Positions 19,495-29,037 of a stretch of 64,000 bases of DNA are shown here, in pieces. Every line of letters starts with the position of its first letter. Positions within the stretch are counted from its first letter, which is position 1. The DNA is taken from positions 22,442 through 86,441 of the forward strand of contig JBBIOM010000001.1 in NCBI GenBank assembly GCA_037443365.1. Direction: 5' to 3'. The stretch is from Armatimonadota bacterium. GTDB taxonomy: Bacteria; Sysuimicrobiota; Sysuimicrobiia; Sysuimicrobiales; Humicultoraceae. The notes below the pieces were generated by a model. The model was not told the origin of the DNA. It ran no database searches and saw only the letters and a list, made by a program, of their open reading frames with translations. The translations under genes were made by a program, and so were the position numbers.

Positions 19495-20444
19495 GCCCTA
19501 AGATACCTCCGGGTGCCCAGTTCGCTTCCCAGCACGCCCACGGCGATGCCAAGGAGCCACACCGCACCCAATGCCCACGGCAGCGCGGCGCGCGGCTCCA
19601 GGACGGGCAGGAACGGCAGCGATCCTGATATCTCGGCGGCCAGGCGGGTGTAGACCGCGAGCAGGACCGCGGTCGCCGCCAGGGCCGCGGCAACCCCCTG
19701 CATCAGGCCCTCGAGCACGAAGGGCCCCCGGATGAACGCGGGAGTAGCGCCCACCAGGGTCATGATCTCGATCTCCTGACGCCGGGCCGCGATCGTCAGG
19801 CGGACCGTGTTCAGCACGATCAGCAGCGCGGCCGCGCACAGCGCCCCGGCGACCGCGGCGCCCCCTATCCGCACGGCGCGCGTGAGGGCCACAAGGCGGT
19901 CCACCACGGGCGTTCCGTAGACCACTTCCTCTATGCCGGTGGTGCGCTCAAGCGCCTCGGCGACAGCGCGCACCTGCCCTGGCCCGGAAGCGCGGATCTC
20001 GATCGAGTCCGGCAGCGGGTTCGATTTGAGATGGGCCCCGACCGATGCGAACGATCCATAGGTCTGCTGCAGCCGCCGCAGGGCCTCGTCGCGACCCACC
20101 AGCTCAGCCGCGCGGACTCCGGGCAGGTTCTTGGCGGAAGCCAGGACGCGCTGCTGTTCCCTGGGGGTGAGGTCCCTTCGCAGGAACCCCACGATCTCAA
20201 CCTGCGATTCGAGCACGGAGGCGACGTGCGCCAGGTTGATGGAGACAAGAATCCCTCCCCCGGCCACAACAAGCGCGATGGCCATGGTCGAGGTCGCGGC
20301 AGCGGCCATCAGGCCGTTGCGTCGCAGGCCGCCGAGCGCGTCGCAGAAGGCCTGCGTTCGCGCCCATGCCGGGGGGCGTCGGCTCAGCGTACGCCCGCCC
20401 CGCACCCGCTCATCGGGCTCTCTGGTAGAGGCCTCGGTGCTCAT
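19491..20444 (-). CDS. ftsX: cell division ABC transporter permease FtsX
   Basis: 4-TM FtsX architecture with a large first extracellular loop; overlaps the ftsE stop. Confidence 0.85.
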   Translation of the reverse strand: MSTEASTREPDERVRGGRTLSRRPPAWARTQAFCDALGGLRRNGLMAAAATSTMAIALVVAGGGILVSINLAHVASVLESQVEIVGFLRRDLTPREQQRVLASAKNLPGVRAAELVGRDEALRRLQQTYGSFASVGAHLKSNPLPDSIEIRASGPGQVRAVAEALERTTGIEEVVYGTPVVDRLVALTRAVRIGGAAVAGALCAAALLIVLNTVRLTIAARRQEIEIMTLVGATPAFIRGPFVLEGLMQGVAAALAATAVLLAVYTRLAAEISGSLPFLPVLEPRAALPWALGAVWLLGIAVGVLGSELGTRRYLRA

Positions 20445-21096
20445 CGCGTAGAACGCGACCAGCGTGGAGTTCTACTACGCGCCGACGCAGCACGTCCACG
20501 AGCGTGCTGTTGTGGGTGGTCATCACCACGGTCGTTCCCCGGAGGTTGACGGCTCCAAGAAGCTGCACGATCTCCCAGGCCGCCTCCGGGTCGAGGTTGC
20601 CGGTGGGCTCATCCGCGAGCACGATCGCGGGGCGCGTGACGATCGCGCGAGCCAGACAGATGCGCTGCTGCTCTCCGCCCGAGAGCCTGGCCGGCAGATC
20701 CCCGGCGCGGTGAGCCATGCCCACAGTCTCAAGGGCCCACCGGACTCGCGGCGCAATCTCCGCCGTGTCCGCCTCGGTGACCCGCAGCGCATATGCCACA
20801 TTGTCGCTCACGGGACGGTCGGGCAGCAGGTTGAACTCCTGAAAGACAACGCCCAACCGCCGGCGAAGATACGGCACCTGCGAATCGGGAAGGGAAGCCA
20901 GGTCCACGCCATCCACTTCCACCCTCCCGGCCGTCGGACGCTCGATCCTCTGGATGAGCTTAAGAATCGTGGACTTCCCGCTGCCTGTCGGACCCACCAA
21001 GAAGACGAACTCACCGCGTTCTATCCGCAGTGAGACGTCGTGAAGGGCGACCACGCCGGTTGGATATCTCTTTCCGACGCGCTCAAGGTTGATCAT
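20410..21096 (-). CDS. ftsE: cell division ATP-binding protein FtsE
   Basis: 228 aa with Walker A GPTGSGKST and signature LSGGEQQR; FtsE family. Confidence 0.9.
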   Translation of the reverse strand: MINLERVGKRYPTGVVALHDVSLRIERGEFVFLVGPTGSGKSTILKLIQRIERPTAGRVEVDGVDLASLPDSQVPYLRRRLGVVFQEFNLLPDRPVSDNVAYALRVTEADTAEIAPRVRWALETVGMAHRAGDLPARLSGGEQQRICLARAIVTRPAIVLADEPTGNLDPEAAWEIVQLLGAVNLRGTTVVMTTHNSTLVDVLRRRVVELHAGRVLRDEHRGLYQRAR

Positions 21097-21181
21097 CGCT
21101 GCTCCGACGAAAAGGCGGGACCGATGCTTCGATGCTTCCCGTCATCATTCTGCGCGTCAGCGCTGCAGTCCTGCCAGGGTC

Positions 21182-21946
21182 TCAGGGCACGGACAGGTTC
21201 CAGTCGGCCAGGTCATCTAGCAGGCGCTCGCTTGTCATGTTGAGATGGATCGGGGTCACCGAAATGTACCCTGCCATCACTGCCCAGCTGTCGGTTCCCT
21301 CCTCGTCGGCCAGAGGCTCGATCTCCCCGGAGATCCAGTAGTACGGCCTGCCCCGGGGGTCCGAGCGCTTCTCGAGGTGGGCGAGATAGCGGCGCGCGCC
21401 TTGACGCGTGATCGCGACCCCCCGCAGGCGCTCACGTGGAAGATTCGGCACGTTCACGTTGATGAGCGTGTCCGCCGGCAGGGCGCGCTCGACCACCAGC
21501 CGCGCCAGCCTCTCGGCAAACGGAGCGGCCACGTCGAACCCGACATCCATGAAGGCCGCCACGGAGATAGCCAGGCTGGGAATCCCCATTATCGTGCTCT
21601 CCATCGCCCCGGATACGGTGCCCGAGTATGTAAGGTCGCGCCCTAGATTGGGGCCGACGTTGATGCCCGAGATCACCACATCCGGCCGCCGGTCAAGGAG
21701 GTCGAGCACACCAAGGACGACGCAGTCCGCCGGAGTACCGGTGGTCGCCCAGGCCGTGACGCCTTCCGGATAGCCGCCCGTGCGCCAGGCGCGGAGCGGC
21801 TTGTGCAGCGTGACCGCGTGGCCCGAGGCGCTTCGCTCGTGTTCCGGGGCCACTACCACGACCTCGTGGTGTTCCGTGAAGACCTGGGCCAAGGCATGCA
21901 ACCCCGGCGAGCCCACGCCGTCGTCGTTCGTGAGCAGGACCCTCAT
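21182..21946 (-). CDS. surE: 5'/3'-nucleotidase SurE
   Basis: SurE signature MRVLLTNDDG at an internal ATG that forms an ATGA overlap with the upstream gene stop. The 67 aa before it in the track ORF are non-coding. Confidence 0.85.
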   Translation of the reverse strand: MRVLLTNDDGVGSPGLHALAQVFTEHHEVVVVAPEHERSASGHAVTLHKPLRAWRTGGYPEGVTAWATTGTPADCVVLGVLDLLDRRPDVVISGINVGPNLGRDLTYSGTVSGAMESTIMGIPSLAISVAAFMDVGFDVAAPFAERLARLVVERALPADTLINVNVPNLPRERLRGVAITRQGARRYLAHLEKRSDPRGRPYYWISGEIEPLADEEGTDSWAVMAGYISVTPIHLNMTSERLLDDLADWNLSVP

Positions 21947-22824
21947 CTCTCCTCGCTTCCCGCGGCGCCAAGCCCGCGCTGCTTCGTCTCGATTGTGGCC
22001 GCGGCATAGCCCACGACCGCGTCGCTCCCGCCGGCCACGTCCCCAGAGGTGCAGTACCGCAGGATCTCCACGCGGGCGGGTCCCAGCCGGCGCGCGGCCT
22101 CCAGCACTGCCGCGACCGGGCCGGCTCCGCACATCGTTATGCCGCAAGCCCGCACTTCCCGCAAGAGGCGCTCGCCGTCGCCCGAGACGAGCGCCTCGAG
22201 CGCGATCCGGTCCGTCCGGACGGCGTGCTCGTGCGGCAGGTAGTGACTGAGGTCGGTCGAGGCGATCATGACCACATTGCCGTCCGCCACGGCCGCCGCG
22301 AGCGCCTGGGAGAGGTGCCTAACCGTTGCGGCGTCCTGGTCGGCCATGACGATCGGCACGACCGGCCCATCATAACCGATGAACTGCAGAAAGGGCAGCT
22401 GCACCTCGACGGAGTGCTCGTGGCGGTGACCCCGCGCATCCAGCGGAATGCCGCGCCGTCGCAGATCCTCCCGGACCGGATGCTCGGTCGGAACCTCGCC
22501 CAGCGGACCCTCCCAGCGCTCGTCCGGGGAAAGCGCCACGCCCGGGCCGGCGCCCCTGTGATCGGGACCGATCACGACGATTGCCTCTGGCCGGGACGCC
22601 TCGGCCAGGCGCAGGTAGGCATGCGCCGCCACCGGGCCCGAATACTCCAACGCGGCATGGGGGACGACCAGCCCCACGATGCGACGCGCTCCCCAGGCGG
22701 CGGGGACACGCCCAGGTCCCAGAGGGTGCACGAAGCATCCCTCCACCTGGCGCCTCAACCTGCGCGGGTCGGCGTCGTAAAACACACCGCGCACCGCGGA
22801 GGGCCGAACCCGCCCGCCGACCAC
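21943..22824 (-). CDS. MEMO1-family protein (AmmeMemoRadiSam system protein B-like)
   Basis: 293 aa Memo fold (GPDHRG, HSVEVQLPFLQ, DLSHY). Confidence 0.7.
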   Translation of the reverse strand: MVGGRVRPSAVRGVFYDADPRRLRRQVEGCFVHPLGPGRVPAAWGARRIVGLVVPHAALEYSGPVAAHAYLRLAEASRPEAIVVIGPDHRGAGPGVALSPDERWEGPLGEVPTEHPVREDLRRRGIPLDARGHRHEHSVEVQLPFLQFIGYDGPVVPIVMADQDAATVRHLSQALAAAVADGNVVMIASTDLSHYLPHEHAVRTDRIALEALVSGDGERLLREVRACGITMCGAGPVAAVLEAARRLGPARVEILRYCTSGDVAGGSDAVVGYAAATIETKQRGLGAAGSEER

Positions 22825-22825
22825 G

Positions 22826-23176
22826 CTACCCTCTGGGTGGATCCCCGGTGCCGGGCGCGGAGAGGACGGCCCCGTCGAGCCAATCGAGGTAGGCTGCCGA
22901 ACCTCCCTCGATGGGAAGCGCCACGACCTCGGGCACGGTGTAGGAGTGCAGATCGCGCACGCGCTCCACCACGCTGGCCAGGAGACGGCGGGCGGTCTTG
23001 ATCACGAGCAGATGCTCGGCCCCTGACTCGACGCTCCCCTGCCAGCGGTAGATAGAGCGCACCCCGGGAACGATGTTCACGCAGGCGGCCAGGCCCTCTT
23101 CCACGAGGGCCGATGCGATGCGGTCCGCCTCTTGTTGGCCGCCGGTGGTTACCAGCACGACCAGGAACTCGCTCAT
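22826..23176 (-). CDS. cutA: divalent-cation tolerance protein CutA
   Basis: 116 aa CutA1 fold (VVLVTTG..A..IA..LVEE.LAACVNI, YRWQG). Confidence 0.8.
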   Translation of the reverse strand: MSEFLVVLVTTGGQQEADRIASALVEEGLAACVNIVPGVRSIYRWQGSVESGAEHLLVIKTARRLLASVVERVRDLHSYTVPEVVALPIEGGSAAYLDWLDGAVLSAPGTGDPPRG

Positions 23177-23213
23177 GTCTGCCTTCGGGATCCGGATGGC
23201 GGGGCCACCCGCG

Positions 23214-24377
23214 CTAGTCCTGCTCGCGCCACCAGTCAGGCGACACGTCCCGCAACGACCTGGTCTTTCGCACCGGGGGGCGGGCGCCTGAGCGCTCCTT
23301 GGCCACGCGCGATCGCAACTGCTCGAACTCGCGCAGGTCGGTCAGGACCTTGAGCGTGTTCCAGACGGCCTCCTCCAGATGCTCGCCGCCCTCGCGCTGC
23401 ACGAGCGCCACGAGCGGCTCGATCACGCGCTTGTTGCGCAGCTTGCCGAGGATGCGAATCGCCAGCCGCTTGACCTCGACGTCCTCGTCCTCGAGTGAAG
23501 CGATGAACTGGTCAGAAGCACCCTCGCCAAAGAGGGCATAGAGGGCCCGCAGCGCAAACCGGCGTACCTTGGGCACCGGGTTCTCGAGCGCGACCCGGAG
23601 CCGCTCTACGACATCGGCACGCGGGCGCCCCCCGAACGCCTCAAGCACCATGCGCGTCGGGCTCACCTCGCGTTCAACGTGGGCGCCCTCGCCGCCTTCC
23701 ATGACCCCGCGCTCCTCCAGGCGCGACAGGGTGGCCACAACCGCCTCCTGCATGCGCGGGTCGCGCAGGAACAGGTCAACCAGGGGCCGGACGATGCGCT
23801 GATCTCCCACCCGCCCTAGGATCGAGATCGCGGTGGCGCGCACGACCTGGCTGTCCTGGCCCACTGCCTCCAGCAGCGCCTCTACGGCGCGGGGGCCCAC
23901 CTCGACGAGGATCTTCATGACCTGCGGGCCGATCTTGCGCCGCAGCACCTTGTCGTCACAGGTGGCCAGGAGCGGCCCGACCGCGTCAGGGCCGATGCGC
24001 GTGAGGGCCTCCGTAGCCGCCAGCTGGAGCGACCGCTCACGGCGGGCGAGAACTCGAATGAGCGCTTCGACCGCGCCCCTGTCTCGGATGTCCCGGAGAC
24101 CGTTTGTGGCCTGCAGGACCACCTGCTCGCTGCGGTCCGCCAGTGCGGCGCGCAGGGCCTCGGCGGCAGCGGGCCCGCCGATGCGCCGAAGCGCGACGAC
24201 GGCGCTCTTGCGGACGTACTCGTCGGAGTCCTGCAGGGCGCGCGCCAGGGCCGGAACCGCGGACTCGTCCCCCAGCTTCCCGAGCGCGTGCGCCGCGTCG
24301 CTGCGAACGGTCACATCGCTACTCTCGAGCTGCCGGAGATGCTGCTGCAGCTCATCGGCCCTACCGGCCTCCGGCAT
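23214..24377 (-). CDS. HEAT repeat (PBS lyase-like) domain protein
   Basis: Tandem ~30-aa repeats of the pattern (VR..A..ALG.IGD..AV.AL...L.D). Start set at internal ATG (MPEAGRADE...). Confidence 0.65.
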   Translation of the reverse strand: MPEAGRADELQQHLRQLESSDVTVRSDAAHALGKLGDESAVPALARALQDSDEYVRKSAVVALRRIGGPAAAEALRAALADRSEQVVLQATNGLRDIRDRGAVEALIRVLARRERSLQLAATEALTRIGPDAVGPLLATCDDKVLRRKIGPQVMKILVEVGPRAVEALLEAVGQDSQVVRATAISILGRVGDQRIVRPLVDLFLRDPRMQEAVVATLSRLEERGVMEGGEGAHVEREVSPTRMVLEAFGGRPRADVVERLRVALENPVPKVRRFALRALYALFGEGASDQFIASLEDEDVEVKRLAIRILGKLRNKRVIEPLVALVQREGGEHLEEAVWNTLKVLTDLREFEQLRSRVAKERSGARPPVRKTRSLRDVSPDWWREQD

Positions 24378-24492
24378 GAACGCTCCTCCTGTTGGACATG
24401 GGGGCACCAAGTGGCGCCTACTGCACCTATTATGCACTATTCTGCGGGCTCGCGCCTTGGTCCTGCACGCGGGCTGCAACCCAAATCCTCAT

Positions 24493-24520
24493 TGCATCCC
24501 CGGCCGTGGTTACATATACT
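24493..24520 (+). promoter_or_regulatory. sigma70-type promoter TTGCAT-17-TATACT driving the small ORF and hpt; the ATG lies ~8 nt after -10, so the mRNA is likely leaderless
   Basis: AT-rich island in an otherwise 70% GC region, with a canonical hexamer pair at 17-nt spacing and no SD sequence before the ATG at 24528. Confidence 0.4.
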
Positions 24521-24527
24521 GGACCCA

Positions 24528-24872
24528 ATGGAGAACAAGGGCGCGGTACGATTCGCCCATGCAAGCGAAGAGGAACTGGCGCGGATCCTGGATTTCTACG
24601 GCATTCGCTGGGAGTATGAGCCCCGGTCGTTCGCCCTAGAGTGGAACGGGGAGGGGCGAGTCGTGGAGAGTTTCAGCCCGGACTTCTACCTGCCCGAGTT
24701 CGACCTGTACATCGAGCTGACAACCCTGAAGCAGAGCCTCGTGACAAAGAAGAACCGCAAGCTCCGACGGATGCGCGAGCTCTACCCCAACGCTCGCGTC
24801 CTGGTGTTCTACGGCAGGGACTTCCGCAGCCTGCTGGCCAAGTACGACCTGTATCCCGGCGCGGCGCGCTGA
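24528..24872 (+). CDS. small conserved hypothetical protein (114 aa) with possible PD-(D/E)xK / Vsr-like motif (SPDFYLPEFDLYIELT)
   Basis: Track ORF 24288..24872 trimmed to the ATG (MENKG...) that sits behind the promoter. Its stop overlaps the hpt start (TGATG), implying translational coupling. Confidence 0.5.
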   Translation: MENKGAVRFAHASEEELARILDFYGIRWEYEPRSFALEWNGEGRVVESFSPDFYLPEFDLYIELTTLKQSLVTKKNRKLRRMRELYPNARVLVFYGRDFRSLLAKYDLYPGAAR

Positions 24873-25432
24873 TGGCGGTACCCGAGATCAGCCGCGTGCT
24901 CTTCACAGAGGAGCAGATCCGCGCGCGCGTGCGCGAGATGGCCGCCGAGATCAGCCGCGACTACGCCGGGCGCGACCTGCTGGTCGTGACCGTGCTCAAG
25001 GGCGCGCTCTACTTCCTTGCCGACCTGACAAGGGAGATAGAGATCCCGCTTGGCATCGACTTCATGGCCATCACCTCCTACCGGGGCGGCAAGGGCCCCT
25101 CGGGCGCCGTCCGCCTGATCAAGGACCTCGATGAGGACCTGACCGGTCGGCACGTGCTCCTGGCCGAGGACATAATCGACACGGGCCTCACGGTCTCGTA
25201 CCTGATGCGCGCACTCCAGGCGCGCGAGCCGGCCGATCTGGCGATCTGCACGCTGCTCGACAAGACCGCGCGCCGCATAGCCCACACCCTGCCGATTCGC
25301 TACCGCGGGTTCGAGGTACCGGATCTCTTCCTGGTCGGCTACGGCCTGGACTACCGCCAGCACTACAGGAATCTCCCGTACATAGGCGTCCTGAGAGAGG
25401 ACATCCTGCGCAGCGGCCCGGCGGCATCCTGA
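24872..25432 (+). CDS. hpt: hypoxanthine phosphoribosyltransferase
   Basis: PRTase motif (VLLAEDIIDTGLT) and Hpt N-terminus (LFTEEQI..RV.E.A..I..DY). Start at internal ATG of track ORF 24641..25432. Confidence 0.9.
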   Translation: MAVPEISRVLFTEEQIRARVREMAAEISRDYAGRDLLVVTVLKGALYFLADLTREIEIPLGIDFMAITSYRGGKGPSGAVRLIKDLDEDLTGRHVLLAEDIIDTGLTVSYLMRALQAREPADLAICTLLDKTARRIAHTLPIRYRGFEVPDLFLVGYGLDYRQHYRNLPYIGVLREDILRSGPAAS

Positions 25433-25436
25433 GCCC

Positions 25437-26993
25437 ATGGCCCGTGAGCAGCCCCCCGCGACCTGCCACAAACCCGCAACAACTGGGCCTTCCGAACTGC
25501 TCGTCATGCACGACATCCGGAAGGCCTTCCCCGGAGTCGTCGCCAACGATGGCGTGACGCTTCGCGTACGCGCCGGCGAAGTGCACGCCCTGCTCGGCGA
25601 AAACGGTGCTGGCAAGACCACCCTGATGAACGTGCTGTACGGGAGCCACCAGCCCGACGGCGGCGAGATCCGACTGCGCGGCCGGCAGGTGCGCGTCCGC
25701 TCTCCCCGCGACGCCCTGGCGCTGGGCATAGGCATGGTCCCCCAGCACTTCCTCCTGGTCCGGCGGCACACCGTCGCCGAGAACGTCGCCCTGGGGCTGC
25801 CGGGAGTGGGGTTCGTGGCGCCGGCGCGCCAGGTCGAGGCCAGCATAGGCGACCTGGCGGACCGCTACGGCCTGCGGGTGGATCCACGCGCGCTCGTCTG
25901 GCAGCTCTCGCCCAGCGAACAGCAGCGCGTCGAGATCATAAAGGCGCTCATCCGGGGAGCGACGATCCTCATCCTGGATGAGCCTACAAGCGTGTTGACC
26001 CCGCAGGAAGCGCACGGGCTGTTCGAGGTGCTGCGCAGGATGAAGCGCGAGGGGCACGCGGTGATCTTCATCTCCCACAAACTGGACGAGGTCGCGCAGA
26101 TCGCCGATCGGGTCACGGTGATGCGCAGGGGGCGGACAGTGGCCACGCTGCCGGTCGAGGCGACCGACAAGCGGGCCCTGGCGCGCCTGATGGTCGGCAG
26201 GGACGTCGAGTTCAGGATCGCGAGGGACGCCTGCGCGCCCGGCGAGGAGGCGCTGTGCATCCAGGATCTCGAGGCTGCCAACGACCGCGGCCTCCCGGCC
26301 CTGCGAGGCGTATCGCTCCGGGTGCGCCGGGGCGAGATCGTGGGCATATCCGGTGTGGCGGGAAACGGGCAGCGCGAGCTGGTGGAGGTGGTGACCGGGC
26401 TGCGCCCGTCAACCGGCGGGCGCGTCAGGGTCATGGGGAAGGATGTCACCAACCTGTCCGCGCGCGCGGTGCACGGCGCGGGCGTGGCGCACATCCCGGA
26501 AGACCGGATGCGAGTGGGGATCGTGCCGGGCCTCTCAGTGGCCGAGAACCTGGTGCTGCGCGACTACCGGCACCCTCCGTTCTCGCGGGGGCCGGTGATG
26601 GACCGCCGGGCAATCGGGGAGTTCGCACGCCGGTTGATAGCCGAGTACGAGATCATGACCCCTGGACCTGCCACCCCGGTGCGCCTGCTCTCCGGCGGGA
26701 ATATCCAGAAGCTCATCCTGAGTCGCGAACTGTCGGGCGATCCCGAGGTAATCGTGGCGGCGCATCCCACCTCTGGCCTGGATGTCAGCGCCACGGAGCA
26801 GATCCACCGGCTGCTCTTGCGGCGCAGGCTTGAGGGGGCCGCCGTGTTGTTGGTGTCGGAGGACCTGGATGAGATACTGGCGCTCTCCGACCGCGTGGCC
26901 GTGATGCTCTCCGGCAAGATCGCAGGCGTCGTGGACGCCGCGCGCTGCAGCCGTGAGCAGATAGGGCTCCTGATGATGGGGCAGCACGCATGA
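25437..26993 (+). CDS. ABC transporter ATP-binding protein, two ATPase domains (BMP/nucleoside uptake family)
   Basis: 518 aa with two Walker A motifs (GENGAGKTT, GVAGNGQRE) and two ABC signatures; real start may be the downstream Met at 25506. Confidence 0.85.
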   Translation: MAREQPPATCHKPATTGPSELLVMHDIRKAFPGVVANDGVTLRVRAGEVHALLGENGAGKTTLMNVLYGSHQPDGGEIRLRGRQVRVRSPRDALALGIGMVPQHFLLVRRHTVAENVALGLPGVGFVAPARQVEASIGDLADRYGLRVDPRALVWQLSPSEQQRVEIIKALIRGATILILDEPTSVLTPQEAHGLFEVLRRMKREGHAVIFISHKLDEVAQIADRVTVMRRGRTVATLPVEATDKRALARLMVGRDVEFRIARDACAPGEEALCIQDLEAANDRGLPALRGVSLRVRRGEIVGISGVAGNGQRELVEVVTGLRPSTGGRVRVMGKDVTNLSARAVHGAGVAHIPEDRMRVGIVPGLSVAENLVLRDYRHPPFSRGPVMDRRAIGEFARRLIAEYEIMTPGPATPVRLLSGGNIQKLILSRELSGDPEVIVAAHPTSGLDVSATEQIHRLLLRRRLEGAAVLLVSEDLDEILALSDRVAVMLSGKIAGVVDAARCSREQIGLLMMGQHA

Positions 26994-28093
26994 GGCGGCT
27001 GGGCCCGTTCCAGGTGGAGCGGGTGCTGGTCCCGTCAGGGGCGTGGGTGCTGGCGGTCTCGCTGTGCGCGATCGCCGCGGCCCTGGTCGCCGCGGGCCTG
27101 GTGTTCTGGGCGTTCGGCCTCAACCCCCTGCGGGCCTACGCGGTCATCTTCGCAGGAACGCTCGCGGACAGGCGCGCGGCGCCCGAGATACTGCGCCAGG
27201 CCACCCCGCTGCTGCTCGCGGGCGTCGGGCTGGTGCTGGCGTTCAGGGCGCAGTTCTGGAACATCGGCGCAGAAGGCCAGCTGCTCGCGGGCGCGGTCGC
27301 GGCGGCGGGCGTGGCGCTGTTCTCAGGCACGCCGGCCCCCTGGATGCTGCCCGCCATGTTCGTCGCGGGCTTCCTGGGAGGCGCCCTCTGGGGCTTCCTC
27401 CCTACACTGCTGCGCCTCAAGCTCGAGGTGAACGAGGTCGTCTCGACGCTCATGATGAACTACATCGCCGCGTTCTCCGTGGAGTGGCTTATCCACGGAC
27501 CGTGGAAGGGCAAGACCGCGTACGGGTTCGCCTACACCGACGCCTTCCCCGAGGCGGCGCGCCTGGCCCTTATCCCTGGCACCCGCGTGCACTGGCCCGC
27601 GCTGGCCCTGGCCGTCGCCCTGGCCGCCGGACTGGCCTTCTTCCTGGGGCGTGCGCGCCTCGGGTTCGAGATCCGCGTGCTGGGCGAGAACCCGACGGCG
27701 GCCAGGTATGCGGGCATGGACCCCACGCGAACGATCCTGATCGCGATGGCCCTATCGGCGGGCGCGGCCGGGATGGCGGGCGTCGGAGAGGTAGCCGGAA
27801 TCCACCACAAGCTGCTCGCCCCCGGGCAGGTCTCAATGGGCTACGGCTATGCCGCAATCATCGTGGCGTGGCTGGCCCGCGGCAGCCCGCTGGCGGCGGT
27901 CATCACGGCGCTCTTTCTTGGCCTCATCTTCTCCAGCGGCGACGTCATGAAGGTCGCGCTGCAGATGCCCTTCCGCGTGACCGACGTCTTCAACGGGCTG
28001 ATACTGTTCTTCCTCATAGGGAGCGAGCGGCTGCTCAACTACCGGCTGCGGTGGGCACCCGGCGATCGGGCAGGGGGGCCCGCGGATGCTTGA
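26990..28093 (+). CDS. ABC transporter permease (BMP family, YufP-like)
   Basis: 367 aa polytopic permease coupled by ATGA overlap to the ATPase gene. Confidence 0.85.
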   Translation: MRRLGPFQVERVLVPSGAWVLAVSLCAIAAALVAAGLVFWAFGLNPLRAYAVIFAGTLADRRAAPEILRQATPLLLAGVGLVLAFRAQFWNIGAEGQLLAGAVAAAGVALFSGTPAPWMLPAMFVAGFLGGALWGFLPTLLRLKLEVNEVVSTLMMNYIAAFSVEWLIHGPWKGKTAYGFAYTDAFPEAARLALIPGTRVHWPALALAVALAAGLAFFLGRARLGFEIRVLGENPTAARYAGMDPTRTILIAMALSAGAAGMAGVGEVAGIHHKLLAPGQVSMGYGYAAIIVAWLARGSPLAAVITALFLGLIFSSGDVMKVALQMPFRVTDVFNGLILFFLIGSERLLNYRLRWAPGDRAGGPADA

Positions 28094-28946
28094 CTGGGTC
28101 CTGACAGCGATCATCCGGGCGCTGGCCGTGGGCACCCCGCTCCTGTGGGCGGCGTTGGGCGAGATATACGCCGAGCGCAGCGGCGTGATCAACCTTGGCG
28201 TTGAAGGCATGATGATCCTGGGCGCCCTGTTCGCCTTCGCCGTCGCCCACACCACCGGCCTTCCTGCGGCCGGGCTCCTGGCGGCAGCGGCGATCGGCGG
28301 CCTGGCCGCGCTGCTGCACGCCTTCGTCTCCGTGACGCTACGGGCCAACCAGTACGTCTCAGGCCTGGCCCTGGCGATGCTGGGCCTGGGCCTGGCCGGC
28401 GTGCTCGGCCGAGGATGGGAGGGAACACCCCTGCTGGTGACCCTTCCCGAGATCTCGGGCCTCACGTACCTGGGCCTGCTGCTGGCGGTTGGACTCTGGC
28501 TGCTGCTGTATCACACCCGTGCGGGCCTGGTAATCCGCTCCACCGGCGAGTCGCCCGCCGCCGCGGAGGCGCTGGGCGTCAATGTCTACCTGGTGCGCTA
28601 CCTGTGCGTTGTGTTCGGGGGAATGCTGGCCGGCGTGGCCGGCGGATTCCTGTCCGTGGCCTACCGGCCCTCGTGGACCGAAGGCATGACCGCGGGCCTG
28701 GGTTGGATCGCGATCGCCATCACCATCTTCGCTGCCTGGGATCCGCTCAAGGCGGTCGGAGGCGCCTTCCTGTTCGGAGCCCTCTTCCACCTCTCATTCC
28801 GCCTGCAGGCCTGGGTTCCACCCGAGGCGCTCAGGATGATGCCGTTCGTCTTCACCATCCTGGTGCTGGCCGCGGCATCGAGCAGGCGCAGGGTGGTAGG
28901 AGCACCCGAGGCCTTGGGGGTTCCGTACGCAGGAGGTGAGAGATGA
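28086..28946 (+). CDS. ABC transporter permease (BMP family, YufQ-like)
   Basis: 286 aa polytopic permease overlapping the preceding permease gene. Confidence 0.85.
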   Translation: MLDWVLTAIIRALAVGTPLLWAALGEIYAERSGVINLGVEGMMILGALFAFAVAHTTGLPAAGLLAAAAIGGLAALLHAFVSVTLRANQYVSGLALAMLGLGLAGVLGRGWEGTPLLVTLPEISGLTYLGLLLAVGLWLLLYHTRAGLVIRSTGESPAAAEALGVNVYLVRYLCVVFGGMLAGVAGGFLSVAYRPSWTEGMTAGLGWIAIAITIFAAWDPLKAVGGAFLFGALFHLSFRLQAWVPPEALRMMPFVFTILVLAAASSRRRVVGAPEALGVPYAGGER

Positions 28947-29037
28947 TATCCCTGGCGTGGCCGGAGCAGGCGGGAAAGACGCCAGGCCGCATCGAATAAG
29001 TCGAGTGCGCCGAGACATGAGGAGAAGGAGGGACACC

